Shown: positions 11,331-25,700 of the stretch, one piece after another
How the letters are laid out: the number at the start of each line of letters is the position of its first letter
Numbering within the stretch: the first letter of the stretch is position 1
Source of the DNA: Eledone cirrhosa
Lineage: Eukaryota
Assembly: GCA_964016885.1 (NCBI GenBank)
Contig: OZ024740.1
Location: 289,230,001-289,294,000 of the forward strand
DNA length: 64,000 bases
Direction: 5' to 3'
Made by a program: the position numbers and the translations under genes
The notes under the pieces: generated by a model
The model's input: the letters and a program-made list of their open reading frames with translations, nothing else
What the model was told of the DNA's origin: nothing
The model's database searches: none

Positions 11331-12065
11331 GTATACAGGCATTCATACGTATATACTTGCAGCATGAATTCATACAAATACAAACGAGTATTGTGGTAAC
11401 TACCATCACCCAGACGGTCTTTGATAGAACCGTTTCGCAATATTATTTGTGAAGAGATATACCAAATTCCAGGCTCATCAGTGGGTGATGAAATTAGTAT
11501 CCTCCTCACTTTTAAGTCAAATAGAAAACTGGAAAATGTGTGTATATATATAACGCACATGGTTCCCGAACTTAGCGTGCCGCGCATACTTACGCCACTA
11601 AAAATAGCAGCCGTAATGAGACTGTAATGAGACTATTTTGAGTTTCTAACTCAATACATGCTTTTGATATATATATATATCAGATAGATTAGATGAGTTG
11701 ATAATACAAGTGTATAAGATAGACATATATCAAAACCTCGAATGTGATTTTATTATCCACAGTAAGATTGGCAAAAGATAGCTCAATGTTTAATCTAATT
11801 TGTAAATTTTTAACGTTTCTCCGACTATATGTAATATTTGTGTACGTTTTACAAATATTTTCGTGTTTGGGGACATTTAGACATAAGGTTGGTAAAAAAG
11901 AACTATCTTTGTATTATGTAATGATTCTGATGAATTTGATACAGAGGAATAGAATGCTACTTCCTTCTGTATTTGAATGATACGCGTGTAAATCAATTAA
12001 ATAATCTATTAAATCTTGGTTATTCATTAATTCATTATATCTCTATATATATATATATATATATA

Positions 12066-12790
<725 letters not shown>

Positions 12791-12914
12791 TTGCTCTGAT
12801 TGTTGATTATTTAATTAATTAATTCGTCATTGAGCCACACCGTGAATGGTTGCCCAAAACACACACATATATATATACCTATGGCTCTGTCTAGTTTATG
12901 TATATGTAAACCTA

Positions 12915-12959
<45 letters not shown>

Positions 12960-13039
12960 AAACTTGGACGGGAACAAAAACAGAGAGGCAGTGCAAATAA
13001 GAGTTTATTAGGTTCACGCTTTTGAGAGGGGGGACGGGG

Positions 13040-13076
13040 ACGACGACGTTTCGTGCATAAGCCCTTCATCAGGAGA
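13040..13076 (-). ncRNA. Minimal hammerhead motif (PLE-type)
   Basis: Minus strand: CCUGAUGAAGGGC UUAU GCAC GAAACGUC; stem I is weak. Confidence 0.6.
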
Positions 13077-13942
13077 AAAGTGGATAGGAAGAGAGTTCCA
13101 AGGGTGTGTGGGGGAGTGGTGGAAACACATTTAGAAAAAGGGTGGGGGGAAGGGAGGAAAAACGATGGAAGGAATACAAATAAAAATAAAAATAAAAATA
13201 AACATAAAAATAAACAAGAGGTGGAAGGGTGTGAGGCGTGTAGGGGAGGTGGCGGATGGAGTTGGGAGAGGAAGGCGGGGGGTCCGAGCGGGGAGGGCTG
13301 AAGGTGGTGTTTGTGCATGTGTGTAGGTGTACGTGCGTATGTGTGTGTGCGTGTGTATGTGAATGTGGGATTTTGGGGAAGAACGAGGTTCCATGTTCAG
13401 GTCAGGAAAAGGTGTGTGCGTGGGGTGGGGTGTAAGTCGGTGTGTGCGTGCGTATGGATGGAGAGGAGTCAAAGGGGTGGGTGAGGGCGGGGAGCGTGTG
13501 GATTCCGGAGGCTGAGTGTGTATATGTGAGGGTACGCATGTGTGTCTTTGTGTTTGTACGTGGTGTGGATGTAGGTGGCGTGGTTCGAAAAAAAAAAATA
13601 TATATACATATATATATATATACATATATATATCAGAGAAATGCATCGTTACTTCGTCAGCCACCTTGCTGGCAGTGCAGTTTCGCACATTAAGGTGTAT
13701 GTGCGTGTGTGTGCGCGTGTATAAACACACTCACCCACACAAATATACAGCCACAGCGACACAGACTGACGCATCTACATGCCCATCTCTCTATCACTAA
13801 TTTTAATTACACCCAACAAGTAGAAATTGATACACTTACGTACACACATAAAAATCAAGGGGAGGGATAAGTTCGGCAATGCAAGACGCTGAACCTCTTA
13901 CCCAGCCTACTATTGGCACAAGACATTGTAACGATAAATAAT

Positions 13943-14260
13943 TGTTTCTACTTTTGGCACAAGGCCAGCAATTATATCAATGCATTACTGGTACTTTATT
14001 TTATCGACTCCGTAAGGATGAAAGGCAAAGTTAAACTCGACGGGATTTGAACTCAGACTGTAATGATAAATAATTGTTTCTACTATTGGCACAAGGCCAG
14101 CAATTACCCAGTACATTACTGGTACTTTATTTTAGCGACCCCGTAAGGATGAAAAGCAAAGTTAACCTCGGCGGGATTTGAACTCAGAATTGCAAGGGCC
14201 GTAACTCTATGCGTCAAAGCATGGCGTCCGACCCTCTACCGATACTGCCAATTCACCGCC
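13943..14260 (-). mobile_element. Two SINE copies (one truncated, one full) sharing a triplicated target site
   Basis: TGTAA(C/T)GATAAATAAT at 13927, 14059 and 14261; full SINE 14075-14260. Confidence 0.88.
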
Positions 14261-14359
14261 TGTAATGATAAATAATATCGCTAATTTATTCATCGAATAA
14301 TAAAAAAAAAATATCAACCGTATGAGTGAAGAAAATCTACGTCAATTCACTTACGGAAT

Positions 14360-14695
14360 GGACCTCCGTTGGTTTCGATGAGGAGTGTTCTAGTTGTTCG
14401 ATAAACGGAACAGCATGCTCATAAAACTAATGTATAAGGGGCTGAGTATTCCACAAGCACTAGTATTCTTCTGGTAAAACACAGGGAGTTTCAGCGAGAC
14501 ACAGTGTGGGACAAGGCTGGCTCTTTGAATTATAGACCCAGTCCATATGACAGGCTTCCAAACAGTTTCTGTCAACCCAATTTCACTCATAGATTCGTTC
14601 CGAGGTTATGGTAAATGACACTCGTCCAAGATATCACGCAGTGGGATCTAACCTAAGGATTTTGAAGCAAATTCCTTAAATATACGTCCATGTCG
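14360..14695 (-). mobile_element. Older tRNA-derived SINE of a second family
   Basis: 14360-14520 is reverse-complementary to 28972-29135; degenerate tRNA-like head near 14640-14695. Confidence 0.55.
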
Positions 14696-14840
14696 TACCC
14701 ACCAATTTACTAATATGAAAACAAGTATTACATTCAAGGATTCACTGTTATGCGATTCTAACTAATTATAAATTATTATTACTATTTTAGAATGTTTTAT
14801 GAAAATATATAGACAATAAAATCTAATCTATAAATTAGAA

Positions 14841-15092
<252 letters not shown>

Positions 15093-15692
15093 ATCTCTCT
15101 CTGTGCCGAAAAAATCGACTGGAGATCGATGGGCTCCATAAGACACCATAAAAAAGTTAAGGGTTCCTTTTTATGATTCAGAAATGTTTATCAAAAAATT
15201 GTATTGTATAGTATTATTCTATGTATTCTATTTCTTATACGATTAGCTGGTTCGAACCACAATATTTCAGCCAATACACTTTTGATCCCTAGGCATTTAT
15301 CTATTACAAGGATAATTCTCCCGATCCCTAGAGATTGGTATCGACCATTTCTCGATGAACCCAGGCTTAGAGGATGAGGATGAGAAACGGAAACCTAATG
15401 GAAGAAGGAGAGGCCGCGAGAGAGTTTAGATGACACAGGATCTAATTAAATAAAAACTAAGGAATATAGAAATACAAAACAAGGGCAAGATTTGACCGAC
15501 TGATGAGCACAACGACCACAATTGGCGGTCACGTACTCATTTGTTTTTTAACTCATTCAATCGTATTTTGAAGATATAGAAGGCTGCTATACAGGCACAA
15601 AAGACCAACTAACAAGGTTAACAGACGGTCGAAGAGAGGGAATGAGAGAGAGAGAGTGTATATATGTATATATATATGTATATATATATATC

Positions 15693-15767
<75 letters not shown>

Positions 15768-15834
15768 GTATATATATATATGTATATATATATATGTATA
15801 TATATATGTATATATATATATGTATATATATATG

Positions 15835-15865
<31 letters not shown>

Positions 15866-15888
15866 GTATATATATATGTATATATATG

Positions 15889-15951
<63 letters not shown>

Positions 15952-15952
15952 G

Positions 15953-15987
<35 letters not shown>

Positions 15988-16362
15988 GAGCTCATCGAAT
16001 GATGCCAATGGAATATCAATTTCGTTTCCGTTTGTATGTCTGCGATGAATATGTATGACCTATGCTGCTTTATAATGCAGATTTGTTGGAAAATGATCAG
16101 GAGTGAGAAGGAAAAACTAAATAAAGCTTAACAAAACCTAATAAACAGTCTTGTCTCTTCAGCATTAGATGGCCAAATAAAATTGGCATCACGCAACAAA
16201 GTTTGGTAAAATCACAAAAATACATGAAAAACATGTTGGGGCTAGAAGAACCACTGCACTCACCATTATTTATAATCGCTCGTAATAGAACTGCTAAATT
16301 CCCAGAATCTGGAAACTAGGCAAATCATAATTTTGAAGCCAAATAAATATCCAAAATGAAGC

Positions 16363-16423
16363 ATGAAGTTTATTTTATGGAAATGAAGTTTATTTTATGG
16401 AAATGAAGTTTATTTTATGGAAA
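16363..16423. repeat. 20-bp tandem repeat x3
   Basis: ATGAAGTTTATTTTATGGAA three times. Confidence 0.9.
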
Positions 16424-16795
16424 TTTGAGAACTGCACAAATCTTTGAGGCATGTGGCATGGCCCAGTGTTTGATAGTCTTTAACTCTGTAATAGTTTCTT
16501 TTAACATTCCATGAGTTTCTTAAGTTTTTTTAACCACCATTGATCATGTAAGCAGATGTAGTATCTAACACAATATAAATTTACAGCAGAAAATTAGATC
16601 TAGAACTACACAAGCAGGGGTCAACTGTAAGTTAAAATAATCACTGAGTATTATACAGATACCTCACTCGTCTACTCCCCACCCTCAAAGCAACAACACA
16701 GATTTAGACCACTTCAACCCTCCACCCCAAATAAACATAAAAAGTAAGTCTCAGCACTTCACGTACCTTATGAAAATGTTTTGTAAGTGTCTTAC

Positions 16796-19700
16796 CGACA
16801 TAGATTCTGTTGATCACATATAGTTAGTAGTGTAGTGACATATAGAAACTGTTGGTGACTTATAGTTAGTGACTTAGTGACATATAGAAACTGTTGGTGA
16901 CTATAGTTAGTGACTTAGTGACATATAGACACTGTTGGTACCCTATAGGTAGTGACTTAGTGACATATAGATACTGTTGGTCACTTATAGGTAGTGACTT
17001 AGTGACATATAGAAACTGTTGGTGACTATAGTTAGTGACTTAGTGACATATAGACACTGTTGGTACCCTATAGGTAGTGACTTAGTGACATATAGATACT
17101 GTTGGTCACTTATAGGTAGTGACTTAGTGACATATAGACACTGTTGGTACCCTATAGGTAGTGACTTAGTGACATATAGATACTGTTGGTCACTTATAGT
17201 TAGTGACTTAGTGACATATAGACACTGTTGGTACCCTATAGGTAGTGACTTAGTGACATATAGATACTGTTGGTGACTATAGTTAGTGACTTAGTGACAT
17301 ATAGACACTGTTGGTACCCTATAGGTAGTGACTTAGTGACATATAGATACTGTTGGTCACTTATAGTTAGTGACTTAGTGACATATAGACACTGTTGGTA
17401 CCCTATAGGTAGTGACTTAGTGACATATAGATACTGTTGGTCACTTATAGGTAGTGACTTAGTGACATATAGATACTGTTGGTACCCTATAGGTAGTGAC
17501 TTAGTGACATATAGATACTGTTGGTACCCTATAGGTAGTGACTTAGTGACATATAGATACTGTTGGTCACTTATAGGTAGTGACTTAGTGACATATAGAT
17601 ACTGTAGGTCACTTATAGGTAGTGACTTAGTGACATATAGATACTGTTGGTCACTTATAGGTAGTGACTTAGTGACATATAGATACTGTTGGTCACTTAT
17701 AGCTAGTGACTTAGTGACATATACTAACTGTTGGTGACTTATAGGTAGTGGCTTAGTGACATATAGATACTGTTGGTACCCTATAGGTAGTGACTTAGTG
17801 ACATATACTAACTGTTGGTACCCTATAGGTAGTGACTTAGTGACATATAGATACTGTTGGTACCCTATAGGTAGTGACTTAGTGACATATAGATACTGTT
17901 GGTCACTTATAGGTAGTGACTTAGTGACATATAGATACTGTTGGTCACTTATAGGTAGTGACTTAGTGACATATAGATACTGTTGGTGACTTATAGGTAG
18001 TGACTTAGTGACATATAGATACTGTTGGTACCGTATAGGTAGTGACTTAGTGACATACAGATACTGTTGGTCACTTATAGGTAGTGACTTAGTGACATAT
18101 AGATACTGTTGGTCACTTATAGGTAGTGACTTAGTGACATATAGATACTGTTGGTACCCTATAGGTAGTGACTTAGTGACATATAGATACTGTTGGTGAC
18201 TTATAGTTAGTGACTTAGTGACATATATATACTGTTGGTACCCTATAGGTAGTGACTTAGTGACATATAGATACTGTAGGTCACTTATAGGTAGTGACAT
18301 AGTGACATATAGATACTGTTGGTCACTTATAGGTAGTGACTTAGTGACATATAGATACTGTTGGTCACTTATAGGTAGTGACTTAGTGACATATAGACAC
18401 TGTTGATCACTTATAGGTAGTGACTTAGTGACATATAGACACTGTTGGTCACTTATAGGTAGTGACTTAGTGACATATAGACACTGTTGGTACCGTATAG
18501 GTAGTGACTTAGTGACATATAGATACTGTTGGTACCCTATAGGTAGTGACTTAGTGACATATAGATACTGTAGGTCACTTATAGGTAGTGACTTAGTGAC
18601 ATATAGACACTGTTGGTACCGTATAGGTAGTGACTTAGTGACATATAGATACTGTTGGTCACTTATAGGTAGTGACTTAGTGACATATAGACACTGTTGG
18701 TACCGTATAGGTAGTGACTTAGTGACATATAGATACTGTTGGTACCCTATAGGTAGTGACTTAGTGACATATAGATACTGTTGGTACCGTATAGGTAGTG
18801 ACTTAGTGACATATAGATACTGTAGGTCACTTATAGGTAGTGACTTAGTGACATATAGATACTGTTGGTCACTTATAGGTAGTGACTTAGCCACATAAAT
18901 ATACTGTTGGTACCCTATAGGTAGTGACTTAGTGACATATAGACACTGTTGGTGACTTATAGGTAGTGACTTAGTGACATATAGACACTGTTGGTACCCT
19001 ATAGGTAGTGCCTTAGTGACATATAGATACTGTTGGTCACTTATAGGTAGTGACTTAGTGACATATAGACACTGTTGGTACTCTATAGGTAGTGACTTAG
19101 TGACATATAGACACTGTTGGTACCGTATAGGTAGTGACTTAGTGACATATAGATACTGTAGGTCACTTATAGGTAGTGACTTAGTGACATATAGACACTG
19201 TTGGTACCGTATAGGTAGTGACTTAGTGACATATAGACACTGTTGGTACCGTATAGGTAGTGACTTAGTGACATATAGATACTGTTGGTACCCTATATGT
19301 AGTGACTTAGTAACATATAGATACTGTTGGTCACTTATAGGTAGTGACTTAGTGATATATAGATACTGTTGGTCACTTATAGGTAGTGACTTAGTGACAT
19401 ATAGATACTGTTGGTACCCTATAGGTAGTGACTTAGTGACATATAGATACTGTTGGTACCCTATAGGTAGTGACTTAGTGACATATAGATACTGTTGGTG
19501 ACTTATAGTTAGTGACTTAGTGACATATAGATACTGTTGGTGACTTATAGGTAGTGACTTAGTGACATATAGATACTGTTGGTCACTTATAGGTAGTGAC
19601 TTAGTGACATATAGATACTGTAGGTCACTTATAGGTAGTGACTTAGTGACATATAGATACTGTTGGTCACTTATAGGTAGTGACTTAGTGACATATAGAT

Positions 19701-22700
19701 ACTGTTGGTCACTTATAGCTAGTGACTTAGTGACATATACTAACTGTTGGTGACTTATAGGTAGTGACTTAGTGACATATAGATACTGTTGGTACCCTAT
19801 AGGTAGTGACTTAGTGACATATACTAACTGTTGGTACCCTATAGGTAGTGACTTAGTGACATATAGATACTGTTGGTACCCTATAGGTAGTGACTTAGTG
19901 ACATATAGATACTGTTGGTCACTTATAGGTAGTGACTTAGTGACATATAGATACTGTTGGTCACTTATAGGTAGTGACTTAGTGACATATAGATACTGTT
20001 GGTGACTTATAGGTAGTGACTTAGTGACATATAGATACTGTTGGTACCGTATAGGTAGTGACTTAGTGACATACAGATACTGTTGGTCACTTATAGGTAG
20101 TGACTTAGTGACATATAGATACTGTTGGTCACTTATAGGTAGTGACTTAGTGACATATAGATACTGTTGGTACCCTATAGGTAGTGACTTAGTGACATAT
20201 AGATACTGTTGGTGACTTATAGTTAGTGACTTAGTGACATATATATACTGTTGGTACCCTATAGGTAGTGACTTAGTGACACATAGATACTGTAGGTCAC
20301 TTATAGGTAGTGACATAGTGACATATAGATACTGTTGGTCACTTATAGGTAGTGACTTAGTGACATATAGATACTGTTGGTCACTTATAGGTAGTGACTT
20401 AGTGACATATAGACACTGTTGATCACTTATAGGTAGTGACTTAGTGACATATAGACACTGTTGGTCACTTATAGGTAGTGACTTAGTGACATATAGACAC
20501 TGTTGGTACCGTATAGGTAGTGACTTAGTGACATATAGATACTGTTGGTACCCTATAGGTAGTGACTTAGTGACATATAGATACTGTAGGTCACTTATAG
20601 GTAGTGACTTAGTGACATATAGACACTGTTGGTACCGTATAGGTAGTGACTTAGTGACATATAGATACTGTTGGTCACTTATAGGTAGTGACTTAGTGAC
20701 ATATAGACACTGTTGGTACCGTATAGGTAGTGACTTAGTGACATATAGATACTGTTGGTACCCTATAGGTAGTGACTTAGTGACATATAGATACTGTTGG
20801 TACCGTATAGGTAGTGACTTAGTGACATATAGATACTGTAGGTCACTTATAGGTAGTGACTTAGTGACATATAGATACTGTTGGTCACTTATAGGTAGTG
20901 ACTTAGCCACATAAATATACTGTTGGTACCCTATAGGTAGTGACTTAGTGACATATAGACACTGTTGGTGACTTATAGGTAGTGACTTAGTGACATATAG
21001 ACACTGTTGGTACCCTATAGGTAGTGCCTTAGTGACATATAGATACTGTTGGTCACTTATAGGTAGTGACTTAGTGACATATAGACACTGTTGGTACTCT
21101 ATAGGTAGTGACTTAGTGACATATAGACACTGTTGGTACCGTATAGGTAGTGACTTAGTGACATATAGATACTGTAGGTCACTTATAGGTAGTGACTTAG
21201 TGACATATAGACACTGTTGGTACCGTATAGGTAGTGACTTAGTGACATATAGACACTGTTGGTACCGTATAGGTAGTGCCTTAGTGACATATAGATACTG
21301 TTGGTCACTTATAGGTAGTGACTTAGTGATATATAGATACTGTTGGTCACTTATAGGTAGTGACTTAGTGACATATAGATACTGTAGGTCACTTATAGGT
21401 AGTGACTTAGTGACATATAGATACTGTAGGTCACTTATAGGTAGTGACTTAGTGACATATAGATACTGTTGGTCACTTATAGGTAGTGACTTAGTGACAT
21501 ATAGATACTGTAGGTCACTTATAGGTAGTGACTTAGTGACATATAGATACTGTAGGTCACTTATAGGTAGTGACTTAGTAACATATAGATACTGTTGGTC
21601 ACTTATAGGTAGTGACTTAGTGACATATAGATACTGTAGGTCACTTATAGGTAGTGACTTAGTGACATATAGATACTGTTGGTCACTTATAGGTAGTGAC
21701 TTAGTGACATATAGATACTGTTGGTCACTTATAGATAGTGACTTAGTGACATATAGATACTGTTGGTCACTTATAGGTAGTGACTTAGTGACATATAGAC
21801 ACTGTTGGTACCCTATAGGTAGTGACTTAGTGACATATACTAACTGTTGGTGACTTATAGATAGTGACTTAGTGACATATAGACACTGTTGGTACCCTAT
21901 AGGTAGTGACTTAGTGACATATACTAACTGTTGGTCACTTATAGGTAGTGACTTAGTGACATATAGACACTGTTGGTACCCTATAGGTAGTGACTTAGTG
22001 ACATATACTAACTGTTGGTCACTTATAGGTAGTGACTTAGTGACATATAGACACTGTTGGTACCCTATAGGTAGTGACTTAGTCACATAAATATACTGTT
22101 GGTCACTTATAGGTAGTGACTTAGTGACATATAGATACTGTTGGTACCCTATAGGTAGTGACTTAGTGACATATAGATACTGTTGGTCACTTATAGGTAG
22201 TGACTTAGTGACATATAGATACTGTTGGTCACTTATAGGTAGTGACTTAGTGACATATAGATACTGTTGGTACCCTATAGGTAGTGACTTAGTGACATAT
22301 AGATACTGTTGGTACCCTATAGGTAGTGACTTAGTGACATATACTAACTGTTGGTCACTTATAGGTAGTGACTTAGTGACATATAGATACTGTTGGTCAC
22401 TTATAGGTAGTGACTTAGTGACATATAGATACTGTTGGTCACTTATAGGTAGTGACTTAGTGACATATACTAACTGTTGGTCACTTATAGGTAGTGACTT
22501 AGTGACATATAGATACTGTAGGTACCCTATAGGTAGTGACTTAGTGACATATAGATACTGTTGGTCACTTATAGGTAGTGACTTAGTGACATATAGATAC
22601 TGTTGGTACCCTATAGGTAGTGACTTAGTGACATATACTAACTGTTGGTCACTTATAGGTAGTGACTTAGTGACATATAGATACTGTTGGTCACTTATAG

Positions 22701-25700
22701 GTAGTGACTTAGTGACATATAGACACTGTTGGTCACTTATAGGTAGTGACTTAGTCACATATACTAACTGTTGGTCACTTATAGGTAGTAACTTAGTGAC
22801 ATATAGACACTGTTGGTACCCTATAGGTAGTGCCTTAGTGACATATAGATACTGTTGGTACCCTATAGGTAGTGACTTAGTGACATATAGATACTGTTGG
22901 TACCCTATAATTAGTGACTTAGTGACATATAGATACTGTTGGTACCCTATAGGTAGTGACTTAGTGACATATAGATACTGTTGGTACCGTATAGGTAGTG
23001 ACTTAGTGACATATAGATACTGTAGGTCACTTATAGGTAGTGACTTAGTGACATATAGACACTGTTGGTGACTTATAGGTAGTGACTTAGTGACATATAC
23101 TAACTGTTGGTCACTTATAGGTAGTGACTTAGTGACATATAGATACTGTTGGTCACTTATAGGTAGTGACTTAGTGACATATAGACACTGTTGGTCACTT
23201 ATAGGTAGTGACTTAGTGACATATACTAACTGTTGGTCACTTATAGGTAGTGACTTAGTGACATATAGATACTGTTGGTCACTTATAGGTAGTGACTTAG
23301 TGACATATAGATACTGTTGGTCACTTATAGGTAGTGACTTAGTGACATATAGATACTGTTGGTCACTTATAGGTAGTGACTTAGTGACATATAGACACTG
23401 TTGGTACCCTATAGGTAGTGACTTAGTGACATATAGATACTGTTGGTCACTTATAGGTAGTGACTTAGTCACATAAATATACTGTTGGTCACTTATAGGT
23501 AGTGACTTAGTGACATATAGATACTGTTGGTCACTTATAGGTAGTGACTTAGTCACATAAATATACTGTTGGTCACTTATAGGTAGTGACTTAGTGACAT
23601 ATAGACACTGTTGGTACCCTATAGGTAGTGACTTAGTCACATAAATATACTGTTGGTCACTTATAGGTAGTGACTTAGTGACATATAGATACTGTTGGTA
23701 CCCTATAGGTAGTGACTTAGTGACATATAGATACTGTTGGTCACTTATAGGTAGTGACTTAGTGACATATAGATACTGTTGGTCACTTATAGGTAGTGAC
23801 TTAGTGACATATAGATACTGTTGGTACCCTATAGGTAGTGACTTAGTGACATATACTAACTGTTGGTGACTTATAGGTAGTGACTTAGTGACATATAGAC
23901 ACTGTTGGTACCCTATAGGTAGTGACTTAGTGACATATACTAACTGTTGGTCACTTATAGGTAGTGACTTAGTGACATATAGACACTGTTGGTACCCTAA
24001 AGGTAGTGACTTAGTCACATAAATATACTGTTGGTCACTTATAGGTAGTGACTTAGTGACATATAGATACTGTTGGTACCCTATAGGTAGTGACTTAGTG
24101 ACATATAGATACTGTTGGTCACTTATAGGTAGTGACTTAGTGACATATAGACACTGTTGGTACCGTATAGGTAGTGACTTAGTGATATATAGATACTGTT
24201 GGTCACTTATAGGTAGTGACTTAGCCACATAAATATACTGTTGGTACCCTATAGGTAGTGACTTAGTGACATATAGACACTGTTGGTGACTTATAGGTAG
24301 TGACTTAGTGACATATAGACACTGTTGGTACCCTATAGGTAGTGCCTTAGTGACATAGATACTGTTGGTCACTTATAGGTAGTGACTTAGTGACATATAG
24401 ACACTGTTGGTACCCTATAGGTAGTGACTTAGTGACATATAGACACTGTTGGTACCGTATAGGTAGTGACTTAGTGACATATAGATACTGTAGGTCACTT
24501 ATAGGTAGTGACTTAGTGACATATAGACACTGTTGGTACCGTATAGGTAGTGACTTAGTGACATATAGACACTGTTGGTACCGTATAGGTAGTGACTTAG
24601 TGACATATAGATACTGTTGGTACCCTATATGTAGTGACTTAGTAACATATAGATACTGTTGGTCACTTATAGGTAGTGACTTAGTGACATATAGATACTG
24701 TTGGTCACTTATAGGTAGTGACTTAGTGACATATAGATACTGTAGGTCACTTATAGGTAGTGACTTAGTGACATATAGATACTGTAGGTCACTTATAGGT
24801 AGTGACTTAGTGACATATAGATACTGTTGGTACCCTATAGGTAGTGACTTAGTGACATATACTAACTGTTGGTCACTTATAGGTAGTGACTTAGTGACAT
24901 ATAGATACTGTTGGTCACTTATAGGTAGTGACTTAGTGACATATAGATACTGTTGGTCACTTATAGGTAGTGACTTAGTGACATATACTAACTGTTGGTC
25001 ACTTATAGGTAGTGACTTAGTGACATATAGATACTGTAGGTACCCTATAGGTAGTGACTTAGTGACATATAGATACTGTTGGTCACTTATAGGTAGTGAC
25101 TTAGTGGCATATAGATACTGTTGGTACCCTATAGGTAGTGACTTAGTGACATATACTAACTGTTGGTCACTTATAGGTAGTGACTTAGTGACATATAGAT
25201 ACTGTTGATCACTTATAGGTAGTGACTTAGTGACATATAGACACTGTTGGTCACTTATAGGTAGTGACTTAGTGACATATACTAACTGTTGGTCACTTAT
25301 AGGTAGTGACTTAGTGACATATAGACACTGTTGGTACCCTATAGGTAGTGCCTTAGTGACATATAGATACTGTTGGTACCCTATAGGTAGTGACTTAGTG
25401 ACATATAGATACTGTTGGTACCCTATAATTAGTGACTTAGTGACATATAGATACTGTTGGTACCCTATAGGTAGTGACTTAGTGACATATAGATACTGTT
25501 GGTACCGTATAGGTAGTGACTTAGTGACATATAGATACTGTAGGTCACTTATAGGTAGTGACTTAGTGACATATAGACACTGTTGGTGACTTATAAGTAG
25601 TGACTTAGTGACATATACTAACTGTTGGTCACTTATAGGTAGTGACTTAGTGACATATAGATACTGTTGGTCACTTATAGGTAGTGACTTAGTGACATAT

